Positions 25,451 to 37,842 of a stretch of DNA of 64,000 nucleotides are shown here, in pieces. The stretch spans positions 23,684,001 to 23,748,000 of the forward strand of contig CM126216.1 in the NCBI GenBank assembly GCA_052327205.1, read 5' to 3'. This DNA is from Somniosus microcephalus (lineage: Eukaryota). The position numbers and the translations under genes were made by a program. The stretch's first letter is position 1. Each line of letters starts with the position of its first letter. The notes under the pieces are model-generated. The model was given only the letters and a program-made list of their open reading frames with translations. It was not told the origin of the DNA and did no database searches.

Positions 25451-25756
25451 AAGAGAAAGTTAACACACAAATAGTCACAAGGGGAGTCACTTGGGTGTTT
25501 TCATCTGAAACAAAACTTTGTCATCGTTATTATTAATGTATTAAAGAAAAGCGATGGCAAAGATTCAAAGAGTTGGCCTATGTGTGCTCAGAAATGGCAG
25601 TTGCACAATGAAGGGTCAGGGTGCCTTTCATCTATAATGATGGTGGTGAGAGAGAGAGAAAACCACAGTTTATTGCACAGATGATGTATGGTGTGTAAAG
25701 AAGGTCGGCCAGACATTCATTTCCATGTGCCAGCCATATGTAGTTGATGCGTCATA

Positions 25757-26965
25757 TTACGCGAATCTGGCATGGATAAGTACATCCCTTGCCTCATGGC
25801 CAGCAATGTGCTCATCTTCTGCTGGTTTTGGCACATCTGCCCCCGCAAGGCGTCCCTCATCTGCCACCTCCTCCTCCTCCTCTTCCGAGGAGGCTCTGTG
25901 CTGGGCCACTTGTTCCTCAGGCAGCGCTAGGCCACACTGCTATGCGATGTTGTGCAGGCAATGATGATTCTGGAGAACCGTGGCTGGTGCGTACTGCAGG
26001 GCTCCACCAGATCTGTTGAGGCATCGGAATTGCATTTTCAGCAAGCCGATGGATTGCTCTATGATGCTTCTGGTGGAAATGTGGCTCACATTGTACCGCT
26101 CCTCAGCCTCGTTTGATGGCCTCCTCATCGGTGTTATGAGCCACTTTTTCAGGGGATAGCCCTTCTCACCAAGTAGCCATCTGGAAAGTTGGGTTGGCGG
26201 ATTGAAGAGCAGAGGCACAGTTGACTGCCGCTGGATGAAGGAATCATGGCAACTGCCAGGGTACTTGGTGCAAACATGCATAATGATCTTCCTGTGGTTA
26301 CACAACAGCTGGATGTTAAGGGAGTGTAAGTCCTTGCGGTTGACAAATACAGCTGGGTTGTGATGGGGTGTCCTTAAGGCCACATGTGTGCAGTTGACGA
26401 TGCCCTGCACCCTTGGGAAGTCTGCCATATTTGAAAATCCAACCGCATGCAAAGTTACACTTGCTTCATCCGTGGAGAAGTGGATCTAATTGTGCAACTT
26501 TGCAAAGAGGGCATCCAACCTGCATGATGCAGGTGTGTGTGGCCGACTGGGTGATGCCGCTGATGTCTGCTGCTGATCCCTGGAAGGAACCCGAAGCAAA
26601 GAGGTTGGGTGCAGTGGTGACTTTAACAGCCACTGGTATGGAGTGTCCACCTGCTCCTCTGGGCTCCAGGTGTTTGTGCAGATGTCTGTGACTAGCTCTC
26701 GCGAAAGTCCCAGCCTCCTTTGGCACAGCTACTCACTCATGCTGAGGAAGCTCATCCTCGACCTGTAAACCCTGTGGAGGGGGTATCTCTGGCGGCGAGG
26801 TGCAACCCTCTGCTGACGCCCTCTGCCCTGTTCATCATGATGTGGCTGAGGAGAAGGTTGGCACTCTTGTTGCTGGTGCTGCTGTTCTGCCTGGTTGTAC
26901 TGCTGCCGTGGCTGCTCTTCCTCCAAATCTGGCGACCAGGATGAGAGGATATAAATGGTGCCCAT
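25757..26965 (-). pseudogene. H1 HARBI1-like DDE transposase, frameshifted
   Basis: [61 protein letters not shown]; both catalytic Asp positions altered (N, E). Confidence 0.85.
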
Positions 26966-26986
26966 TCCACTTGTGGATATCTCAGT

Positions 26987-28060
26987 TAAGAACATAAGAA
27001 CATAACAACATAAGAAATAGGAGCAGGAGTAGGCCATTCGGCCCTTCGAGCCTGCTCTGCCATTCAATGAGATCATGGCTGATCTTCTGCCTCAATTCCA
27101 TTCACTGGCCTTATCGCCATACCCCTTGATGCCCTTACTAGTCAGAAATCTATCGACTTCTGTTTTGAATATACCCAATGACTGAGCCTCCACAGCCCTC
27201 TGGGGTAGAGAATTCCAAAGATTCACCACCCGCTGTGTGAAGAAATGTCTTCTCATCTCAATCCTGAATGGTCTACCTTTTATCCTGAGGCTGTGGCCCC
27301 TGGTTCTAGACTCCCCAGCCAAGGGAAACATTCTCCCAACATCCACCCTATCAAGCCCTGTAATAATTTTGTATGCTTCAATGAGATCCCCTCTCATTCT
27401 TCTGAATTCAACAGAATGCAGGCCTAGTTTACTCAATCTCTTCTCATACGACAGTCCCGCCATCCCAGGAATCAATCTCGTGAACCTTCGTTGCACTCCC
27501 TCTGTAGCAAGTATATACTTCCTTAGGTAAGGAGACCAAAATTGTACACAGTACTCCAGGTGTGGTCTCACGAAGGCCCTATATAATTGGAGTAAGATTT
27601 CTTTACTCCTGTACTCAAATCCTCTTGTAATGAAGGCCAGCATACCATTTGCCTTCCGAATGGCTTGCTGCACCTGCACATTCACTTTCAGTGACTCATG
27701 TACAAGGACACCCAGGTCCCTTTGAGCATCTGCATTCCCCAATCTTTCACCATTTAGGAAATAAACTGCCTTTCTGTTTTTTCTACCAAAGTGGATAACT
27801 TCACATTTATCCACATTATATTCCATCTGCCATGTTCTCGCCCACTCACTGAGCCTGTCGAGATCCCCTTGAAGCCTCTTCACATCCTCTTCGCAACTGA
27901 CACTGCCACCTAGCTTTGTGTCATCAGCAAATTTGGAAATTTTAGTCCCCTCATCCAAATCATTGATATAGATTGTGAATAGCTGGGGCCCAAGCACCGA
28001 TCCTTGTGGTACCCCACTAGTCACAGCCTGCCATCCTGAAAAAGACCCATTTATCCCTAC
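26987..28060 (-). mobile_element. CR1 3' fragment upstream of the H1 transposase
   Basis: 310-aa ORF with GVPQGSVLGP and FADD; (ataagaac)n tail on +. Confidence 0.9.
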
Positions 28061-28683
28061 TCAGATAATTGAGCAATAGAGGTTGCAAGTGCTCAGAGGG
28101 TCTTCCAAGGAGGTCAAACTGCAGATGGATCTCAGCTTGAACACTCACAAGATCAGTTGAGCTGCAAAACCTCAAAGCACTAACTTGTGCCATCTCAAAC
28201 TCAGCCATGGTGTAGGATCACTTTTAAGCTGCTCCAGCAGCTGCTAACAATTCAGCTCCTTGCTAAACCCGGCACAATGCAGCTGGCGTGTTTGTCTGAT
28301 GACGGGCAAAACGCAGAAAAAAATCAAAAATCGCAACAGCCAGTTAAAATAAGATTAGCAAGGCAGTTAACAAGTTGCGAGTGCCTCTCCCGCCGTTTGG
28401 TGTCGGGTCTGATCAGGACTCACAGACCTGACACTTGGCAAAGTAGCATGGAGGTGGGATGGCGGCGGGTTCGCAACCTGCCATCAGTCATTCCGATTTT
28501 TACTCCCAACTGGCCTCCAAACCCACCCTCTGAGTGCCGGCAAATTTGTGGCCATGATGTCAGGGTGTCGAGATGAGAACCTGACAGGGTCAGGTGGGAT
28601 CATTAGTTATATGGCATCCCTGTAATTGGACGGGGAGGTAAGGTTGGGTTAACTGGTCCACATAGGCTTTGCTGGGAAGAAGT

Positions 28684-30290
28684 ATAAGAACATAAGAAAT
28701 AGGAGCAGGAGTAGTCATTCGGCCCATCGAGTCTGCTCTACCATTCAATAAGATCATGGCTGATCTTCTACCTCAACACTTTCCTGCACTATCCCCATAT
28801 CCCTTGATTCCCTTAATATCCAAAAATCTATCGATCTCTGTCTTGAATATACTCACTGACTGAGACCTCGGGTGGAGAATTCCAAAGATTCACCACCCCG
28901 TGTGAAGAAATGTCTCCTCATCTCAGTCCTAAATGGCCGACCCCTTATTCTGAGACTGTGACCCCTGGTTCTAGATTCCCCAGCCTGGGGAAACATCCTC
29001 CCAGCACCTACCCTGTCAAGCCCTGTAAGAATTTTTGTATGTTTCAATGAGATCACCTCTCATTCTTCTAAACTCCAGATAATATAGGCCTAGTCTACTC
29101 AATCTGTCCTCATGGGACAATCCCCCCATCCCAGGAACCAGTCTGGTGAACCTTCATTGCACTCTCTCTATGGCAAGTTTTTTCTTCCTGAGGTAAGGAG
29201 ACCAAAACTGTACACAATACTCCAGGCGTGGTCTCACCAGGGCCCTATATAATTGCAGTAAGACGTCTTTACTCTTCTACTCAAACCCTCTTGTAATGAA
29301 GGCCAGCATACCATTTGCTTTCCTAATTGCGTGCTGTACCTGCATGTTAACTTTCAGTGATTTGTGTACAAGGACACCTAGGTCCCTCTGAACACCAACA
29401 TTTCCCAATCTCTCACCATTTAAAAAATATTCTGCTTTTCTATTTTTCCTACCAAAGTGGATAATTTCACATTTCTCCACATTATCGTCCATTTGTCATG
29501 TTCTTGCCCACTCACTTAGCCTGTCTATAACCCCTTGAAGCCTCCTTGCATCCTCCCCACAACTTACATTCCCACCCAGCTTTGTATTATCAGCAAACTT
29601 GAATATATTACATTTGGTCCCCTCATCCAAACCATTGATGTAGATTGTGAATAGCTGAGGCCCAAGCACTGATCCTTGCGGTACCCCACTAGTTACAGCC
29701 TGCCAACCCCAAAATTACCAGTTTATTCCTACTCTCTGTTTTCTGTCCACTAACCAATCCTCAATCCATGCTAGTACATTACCCCCAATCCCATGAGCCC
29801 TAATTTTGTTTAATAACCTCTTGTGTGGCACCTTATTGAATGCCTTCTCAAAATCCAAATACACCACATCCACTCGTTCTCCATTATCTATTCTGTTCGT
29901 TACAACCTCAAAAACAGATTTGTCAAACACGATTTCCCTTTCATAAATCCGTGTTGACTCTGCCCAATCCTATTATTATTTTCTAAGTGTCCTGTTACCA
30001 CGTCCTTAATATTAGATTCTAGCATTTTCCCTACTATTGATGTGAGGCTAACTGGTCTGTAGTTCCCCGTTTTCTCTCTCCCTCCTTTCATAAATAGCAG
30101 GGTTACATTTGCTACCTTACAGTCCGCGGGAACCATTCTAGAATCTATGCAATTTTGGAAGATGACAACCAATGCATCCACTATCTCTGTAGCCATCTCT
30201 TTCAAAACCCTAGGATGTAGGCCATCAGGTCCAGGGGATTTATCGGCTTTCAGTCCCAATAATTTCTCCAGTACTATTTTTTTTACTAAC
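28684..30290 (-). mobile_element. CR1 fragment (RT to 3' UTR), frameshifted
   Basis: KSPGPDGLHPRVL, NYRPVSLTS and YLDFEKAF motifs. Confidence 0.9.
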
Positions 30291-30835
30291 ACTAAGAAGG
30301 GGTCTCTCAAGCACTTAGTTTGTGGAGGCATTCGGCAAGAAGCTTGGGAACATCCACGAGACGAGGCAAGGAGAGTTTTGGGTTTGGGTTGGCGGAGGAC
30401 CCACACCCGTCACACCGGGTGGACGAGCAAGCCTAGAGGTCAGGTCCAATGGAGGTTGACCCATGGAGATCGCGTCTTCTACCCAGGGCCCAACGGATAA
30501 TATAAACCTTGATTGCGCCTTGTTTAACTAATGCTCAGATGCTGTAATGTATCAAGTCTCACTTTCACTGAATAAAATATAATTGCTGTCACCAATACGG
30601 GTCAAGTCGAATCTTTCGGAACTTAGGAATGAAAGGATTAATTGGCACAGGCCCAGAAACTCAACAGCATTAAGAGTTCAAGCTGGAAATCTGGTCAATC
30701 CTACGCCACCTGTGATCAAGACCTTTGCACTTCACTCAAGTGGTTCTACAGCTATTTAGTTTAAGTAGCTGTATTTAAACTACAGCTGCAGAGGTCAACC
30801 GTGCTGTGAAGAGTGGAATATGATGGAAATGATGG

Positions 30836-31760
30836 CGCAGAGCAAGAACTTGTTTTACTGACAGGGCTTCGTCAGAATTCATTGACGCGGTGCTGGAGAG
30901 GCTGGCTGCTCCTTATGGGTCTGTGGGCCCCAGCGCTGCACAGGCTGGGCAGCAGCCTTTCTGGAAAGGTGTTGCAACCAGGGTAAATGCTCAGGACTGA
31001 GATGCACAAGATATTCAGCAAAGAAAAACAGGGCAGGTAGGATTATGAGCACATATGTTGGAAGCTGCTTGTAATCCACGCTCCCTATTACTGCCACAAT
31101 ATGTGGTGTGACATTTGAAATTAGTGCAAATATTCATCAAACATTATTGACTTGCACGATAGGAACCAAATCAACCTGACTGCCATTGTAAAGGGATATT
31201 TGCAAGGAAACCACACACTGTCCTATAAAGGTATTTATCTCTCACAAAATGGAGCACACTGCATAAGGTCGATTTTACAAAGTCAAACTTTACCAAATAG
31301 CACTTTTGGATTATGTAATCTAGGAACAAGCACTCCATAACTTTCTGTCCATTAAATTAAATTAAATTAAGTTAAATGACTGGATAGAAAATCATGGGAT
31401 CCATGTACCTACATTCTCAAAATGCACTGCCAGTGGGCGAGGTAGGAGTGTGATTTTGTAAATTCCTCCTTAAGTGCACTTACTTTTATTCATGTTCTAT
31501 GTTGGAAATACATGTGGGAATGCACGAGAATGACTTACAGGCCATAAATGGAGCATGCGCTGGGAATTCAAAGTGCTATGCCTGACTAACCCATAGTTAT
31601 AAAACAGCTGCACCAGTGAACCTTTACCAGCAATATTTTGTACAGATGTACTTAATACTTCTTCTAGGCCAAGTTATCCTACAACAGCTGAGCCAGACAC
31701 TGTCTGGAGTGTCCAGTTTAGTGGATGAAGGATGCAGAGGTCTGCTCTCTAGTACCTCGC
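30836..31760 (+). pseudogene. Ancient Harbinger Myb/SANT-like gene remnant
   Basis: 30836-31010 translates RRARTCFTDRASSEFIDAVLERLAAPYG...FWKGVATRVNA. At 31668, cttctag|GCC AAG TTA TCC TAC AAC (AKLSYN) parallels H3 exon 2 (AKLANN). Confidence 0.55.
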
Positions 31761-32702
31761 TTGGCCATGGTGCAGACAACACTGGTGAGCCTCATCTCTC
31801 CTTGTGTTTCACCAATAATACACACATTACCAGCTTCGCAGGTCACAGGTGAAAAGGAGGTTACCGTTCCTTTTAAGACTAACTGCATTGATGGAGCAAC
31901 AGGAAACACACCCAACGTTAGCGTCCGCACTGAGGGCTGGAGTGTGCATCAAGTGATCCCTGGTCAGGTACAGCAGCAGTTAGGCGAGATTCAGAGTTTG
32001 TACTGCACCCAACCCGAACTTCACAGAGTGGTTCCAGAAAACAATGTCCAGGTCATCAATGTGAAGTGACTAGGCTAAAACCAGCTGCATTTGTAGAGTA
32101 GCAGGAGTCTGTATTGAAGGCTGGAGCATGTGTCCAGATGTCACCCAGCGACACCATCAAGTGATCCCTGGTCTTTAAACATCATTCATCACCTGTGAAG
32201 TGTCCTGGGCTGAAACATCTCACTGAACGTCAAATGTCTATGAGAAAATTCAACAGCCCAAAGCAGGGGTAGGCTCCCTTTGTGTCATTTGACATTCATA
32301 CCATTGGTAGACCCAACCGCTGAGTGACTGAGCTCTACAACCACAAATACACTGTTATTTGAAATCATATTTCAATAAATAAATAAATGCTTTCAGCTGC
32401 CTAGGTCCTAAGCTCTGGAATTCCCCCCCTAAACCTCTCTGCCTCTCTACTCTTTCCTCCTTTCAGACACTCCTTAAAACCTACCACTTTTGGCTGGGTG
32501 TCAAATGTTGTTTTTGATAACACTTCTGTGAAGTGCCTTGGGACGTTTTACTACATTAAAGGTGCTATATAAATTTAAGTTGTTGTTATTAGAAATCATG
32601 GGCTATCAGATGTACACAATGAAAATGCTGAGGGGATTCTATGTCTATCAGATATTTGAGGTTATTTCAATTTTTAACTATAAAAGGGTTTTGCTGCGTT
32701 AC

Positions 32703-32915
32703 CTTTTGTGCAGGTTGGCTGCTTCTCCGTCCACGTTCCATCCTGTCGACAAGTTCTCTGCGCACTGCCGCTCAGAACAAATGAATAATTGCAGGTAAAC
32801 TGCATGATGGTGCCCACGGTCACATAGCCCTGGTGTATATGCCCACTTCCTGCGAGAATTCTTCGTTGCCCATTCATTGGTACACCAGGGTCAATGCAGC
32901 TCTTTCTCTCTGGAA
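32703..32915 (-). CDS. PAMR1: PAMR1 Sushi/CCP-1 exon, copy C (canonical acceptor AG>AA; may be a pseudoexon or use an AG 6 nt downstream)
   Basis: Open frame PERKSCIDPGVPMNGQRRILAGSGHIHQGYVTVGTIMQFTC...CTK. Donor gtaacg intact; acceptor reads ctttaa where copy A has ctttag. Confidence 0.5.
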
Positions 32916-33139
32916 TTAAAGATCGAAGTAATGCTTTGCACAGCAATCAGAATAGTGGCCAAATTATGCTCAGGATTCAACTGCACAATAGGGAGCTGTG
33001 GGTTGCATCCTATCAACATGGGAGCCCTCTGTAAACCCACAGATAACAAAGACCCTCATATCGGCAAAAAGGATGTTACCAGTATAACATATGGTGTGTG
33101 TGACCAGTTAACATATTATGTGTGTGACCAGTAGGGCAT

Positions 33140-36100
33140 TATAGTAATCTCGGATGCAATGCTTAAGTTATCCACCAGAGGGAGACAAATGTTAAGGGTT
33201 CATTTACCAGTTTTTTAAGGTAAAATTGCATTATGGGTAGAATGACTCATAGGATCATCCATCTTGGATGCATCGTGCAGTAGAATTACAAGTGCATGCC
33301 TGTAGCTTGTAAGAGCTCTGTTCTCTCCTTATTCTGTGTAAATTAAAAGTAAAGTTGAGTTCCTGAAGTCTCACTTATATCAATTAATTGGACCTTACTA
33401 CTCGGATATAACATTTGGCGATGAGGATTAACTGTTTCAACTTGAAGAAGGGAAAATACAAGAACACTGCATCTGAATCATGGCTACTCGAGTAGGAGAG
33501 ATTTCTGCTTTTGATGTTCAAAATCAAACATGGATAGAGTACTGTGAGTTATTGGAGCATTTCTTTGTGGCAAATGATATAGTTGATGTCGGGAAAAGGA
33601 GAGCTATTTTGCTCACTTCCGTGGGAAGTCTGACGTATAGTTTATTGAGAAACTTATGCAGTCCTGCAAAGCCTGGAGATAAATCATTTACTAAATTAGT
33701 GGACTTGCTAAAGGAACATTTCAATCCCAGACAGAGTGAGATTGTACAGCGTTTCAAATTTAATTCACGGAACAGGAACCCGGGCGAGTCTGTGTTGGAT
33801 TATGTAGCGGTGTTGAGAAAACTGGCACATGATTGCAATTACGGGAACAGTTTGAAGGACATGCTGAGAGATAGGCTGGTTTGTGGAATAATGGATGCTC
33901 GAATGCAGAGGAGATTATTGTCCAAGACTGGGCTTACGTATGAAAAAGCATTGGAACTTGCTCAATTAATAGAGACAGCAAACCGAGATGTAAAAGAAAT
34001 ACAAGGTTGCGACTGGTCTACTACAAAGCAAGTTGGAAGTCAGTTTATTGTGCACAAGTTAAATATGAGTCATACACCACAACGTGCGCATTTAAAGGCA
34101 TGTTATAGATGCAATGGAGATCACCTGGCAAGGGAATGCAGGTTTCTGGAGGAAAAGTGCCGCAAGTGTGGGAAAAAAGGACATATAAAATGTGCATGTA
34201 GAGCAAAAGCTACCCTGGAGGTATACAAACCTAAAGGGGCAGAAAAGCAAAACCTTGGAAGAGAAGTAAAAAAACAGGGAGCACATCACATCAGTGGAGA
34301 AGCTGAGAAAGAAGACGACGTGTTCATAATGCATAGTATGGTAGAGGACATTCCTAAAGTGGATTCTATCACTTTGCAACTGATAGTAAATGACACTAAG
34401 GTGAACTTTGAGGTGGATACTGGATGTGGCGTTACCATAATGAACAGGGAGGAATATTCAAAATTGTGGAACCGTGCAAAAGTTCCAGAGTTAAAGTCTT
34501 GCTCTATGAAGCTTAAAACCTATACCGGTGAATGAGTGGCAACATTGGGTGCAGCTATTGTAACTGTGAAACACAGGGACACCGTGGAACAGCTACCTGT
34601 AGTTGTAGTATCGGGTTCTGGACCAAATTTGTTAGGTCGGGGCTGGATAAAAGAACTTAAATTAGATTGGGGAGCAATAAATCAAATGGAGAGAGGCAAA
34701 CAGTTGTCTTTGCCAGACGTGTTGATTGAACATGAGAACGTGTTCAAGGAAGAACTTGAACATTTAATGGCCCCCCAGCTAAGATTTATGTCGACAAGGA
34801 GGACATGGACACGGCAATTGTGACCGCAGAACAAGTAAGGACTTGGACTGGTAAGGATCCAGTACTGTCTAGAGTCCGAGAATATGTACTGAGGGGTTGG
34901 CCACAACATCCGGAAGGGACTGATTTCACACCTTACAGTGTCAGGAAGACAGAGCTGAGTGTGCAGGATGGTTGTGTGTTGTGGGGAGCTTGAGTGATTA
35001 TTCCACAGCTAGCACGACAGTCTATCCTAGTGCAACTACATCAGTGTCATCCTGGAGTTTTGCGCATGAAAGCATTGGCAAAGAGTTACTTGTGGTGGCC
35101 AAAGCTAGATGAGGAAATAGAAAATCTAGTCAAGACATGCAGCACTTGTCAAGAATACAGGAAGGCACCAGCAGCGGCTCCACTCCACCCCTGGGAGTGG
35201 CCGGAAAAACCATGGAGAAGATTACATGTTGATTATGCGGGTCCATTCATGGGAAAGATGTTCCTCATAATCATTGATGCACATTCCAAATGGATGGATG
35301 TGTATCCTGTAAATTCTGCTTCATCTACTGTTACTATAGACTGCCTGCGTAGGAGTTTTAGTAATCAAGGGATACCGGAGATCGTAGTAAGTGACAATGC
35401 CACGTGTTTTATGAGTACAGAAACAAAAGAGTTCATGAGAAACAATGGCATAGTGCACGTGACTTCAGCTCCATATCATCCGCCTTCAAATGGACTTGCC
35501 GAGAGAGCCATACAAACATTTAAGGAGATGATGAAAAAAAGTGCAGAAGGGAGTTTGACAGCAAAGATGTCACAAGTTCTGTTCAGCTACAGAATAGCAC
35601 CTCAATCTACCACAGGACTCTCTCCTGCTGCGTTATTGTTAGGATGTCGACTACGCTCCACTCTTGACCTGGTTCACCCAGACCTAAAAAGGAAGGTGGA
35701 AAACCGACAAATCAAACAAAAGGAGAACCATGACAGAAGGACAAAGAGCCGCAGGTTTGGAGAAGGAGATGCGATCCTTACCAGAAATTTCAGTTATGGT
35801 CCAAAATGGATTCCTGGTGTCATAGACTCAATGACCGGTCCAGTTTCATATAGGGTTATGTTGGGAACTGGTCAGGTAGTACGCAGACATGTGGATCAGA
35901 TACTGACCAGACAATGGGAGATCGAACTGGAGGTTCCAGAGGAAAGGTTGGAGGACAGGTTGGTCCCCAGTTATCCAAATGCATTGGTGGTACCAACACC
36001 ACGAACAGAGACAGTTATACCTGGACCCCTTCATCAAGAGGAAACCATCGTAGCAGAGTCAGATACTCTGAGTACTGCTCAGGAGCAGCAGGTGGCTTTA

Positions 36101-36549
36101 CCACAACAAAGCAGGGACTTGACTGTAAGACGTTCAACAAGGTCTCACAAGCCACCAGACAGATTGATCACGACCTGCTAGATTCGTTCAGGATGGACTA
36201 TCGTTGAAGAAGTTTCCTTATGGACTTTTAAGAATGTTGTTAAGAATTGTTGTAACTTAAGAGGGGGGGGGGATATAGTAATCTCGGATGTAATGCTTAA
36301 GTTATCCACCAGAGGGAGACAAATGTTAAGGGTTCATTTACCAGTGTTTTAAGGTAAAATTGCATTATGGGTAGAATGACTCATAGGATCATCCATCTTG
36401 GATGCATTGTGTAGTAGAATTACAAGTGCATGCCTGTAGCTTGTAAGAGCTCTGTTCTCTCCTTATTCTGTGTAAATTAAAAGTAAAGTTTTGAGTTCCT
36501 GAAGTCTCACTTATATCAATTAATTGGACCTTACTACTCGAATATAACA
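33140..36549 (+). mobile_element. Ty3/Gypsy LTR retrotransposon G1 with RT-RNaseH deleted
   Basis: LTRs 33140-33413 and 36274-36549 (both TA...CA), TSD GGCAT, PBS tggcgatgaggat (tRNA-Ser(GCU)-like), PPT gaggggggggggg. Gag with CCHC, protease VDTG and integrase are present. Confidence 0.93.
33480..36181 (+). pseudogene. G1 gag-protease-integrase (in-frame TGA at 34533 and 34991; junction near 34790-34810)
   Basis: CYRCNGDH and CRKCGKKGH knuckles, FEVDTGCG, LHQCHPG, HVDYAGP, SDNAT, GLAERAIQTFK. Confidence 0.88.
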
Positions 36550-36628
36550 GGCATATTGTGTGTGTGACAGCTAGGTCATATTCTGTGTGACCAGTAGCAC
36601 ATATTGTGTGTGACCAGTAGGTTATATT

Positions 36629-37793
36629 GGCCCGGATTTTGCGGTGGGTATGACGGAGTACTCAGGGTACAGCATCATACCGCCTTGGAAATATACCACA
36701 AGTTCGAGATTTCCGCATGCTTACGCACGCACTAAATCCCGAACTTGCAATCTGTCAAGTTACGCATTGACAGATGATCTACACCGCCTTGGAAATCCCA
36801 ATTGCTAGCACAGAGTTGAGCTACTTGCCCTCCAACTGCCCAGTAATTATGGACGTTTTTCTTATGGTTAGTGAAAGCAGGCACAGGATCCTGTTTCACA
36901 TCTAAAAAGCAGATCTATGTGTGTATATTGTGTACGTTTTGGTGGAGGAAACCTTTTTTTGTTGGTCGAGTTTCATTTTAATTACTTGGGAAGTTGAATA
37001 AGAAAGTTAAATAAAGTGAACATCTGTCAGATTTTAGTGACCATTTCTGTCCTTTCAACTCAAAAATGAACAACAATACAAACAATATAATGCATCTATA
37101 ACAAGGAAAATAGATTTATCTATTGGCAGTCTAAATGAGGTCTGAATAATATATTTTAATCCTGAAAATTAACATTAAATATATGGCTGGGAATCTCTTT
37201 TTGAAGTTCAATAACATTACTTGTAGGAGATATAAAACATTGTTAGCTCTTTACTGAGTATCAAAACAGGAAGTTGTATACATAGGGACATATAAATTGT
37301 GAGTTTGGATGAAAAAACTTAAGCAAAATTATGTATGCAGGTTATTTCCAAAATCTAACAGAAGTTGTACAGTGAGGATGATTGTGAAAATGCCCTGCTG
37401 TCAAATCACTGCACTTTTGATGTAGTCACAAGCTTTAATTCACATTTAACTTTGGTGTGACAGGTTAACCTCTAAGATCATTCAGTGTCCTCTTAAAACC
37501 TACTTATTAAATGTTTGAATGTGTTAGTCACCCATACAGGAAAACATTGGGCCCATTAGAGTACGTCTGAAAGGATTGTTAATGGTTCTGGTATCACTTC
37601 AAATAGCCCAACTCTCCGCCCGCAGATGCCCTTTTCCCAGGAATGCGAAGGATCTGTCAAGAAAATTCTTGACAGATTGCAAGTTCAGGGTTTTAGCACA
37701 TGCGCAGCGCATGCCTAAACCCGGAACTTGCGAGGCCCTTACGAGCGCGTGCGCACCTTGTATGCACCTGTCGGGGGCCGCAAATTATGTCCC
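36629..37793. mobile_element. Harbinger-type non-autonomous element (AT-rich core)
   Basis: TIRs ggcccggattttgcgg / ccgcaaattatgtccc, TSD ATT/ATT, inverted subterminal blocks (gaacttgcaatctgtcaag / cttgacagattgcaagttc). Confidence 0.82.
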
Positions 37794-37842
37794 ATTGTAT
37801 GTGACCAGTAGGTCATATTGTGTGTGACCAGTAGAACATAGT

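Larger units (their letters stand above)
22341..25476 (+). pseudogene. H1 Myb/SANT-like gene (exons 22341-22580, 22934-23093, 23961-24939 plus 25451-25476)
   Basis: APRFDEDSLQALVEGV...AWLQIAEKV...QCRKWFNDL motif and GT-AG introns. Frameshift and stop in exon 3; a CR1 sits between STR and KRKL. Confidence 0.8.
22072..28553. mobile_element. PIF/Harbinger element H1 (decayed; carries one MITE and two CR1 insertions)
   Basis: TIRs ggccatgatttt / aaatttgtggcc, 3-bp TSD ATG/ATG, convergent Myb-like (+) and DDE transposase (-) genes. Confidence 0.85.

Noticed and set aside
30291-30670. Possible solo LTR (AATAAA, ends in ...aaca)
   Set aside because: No clear TG start, TSD or second copy in the window.
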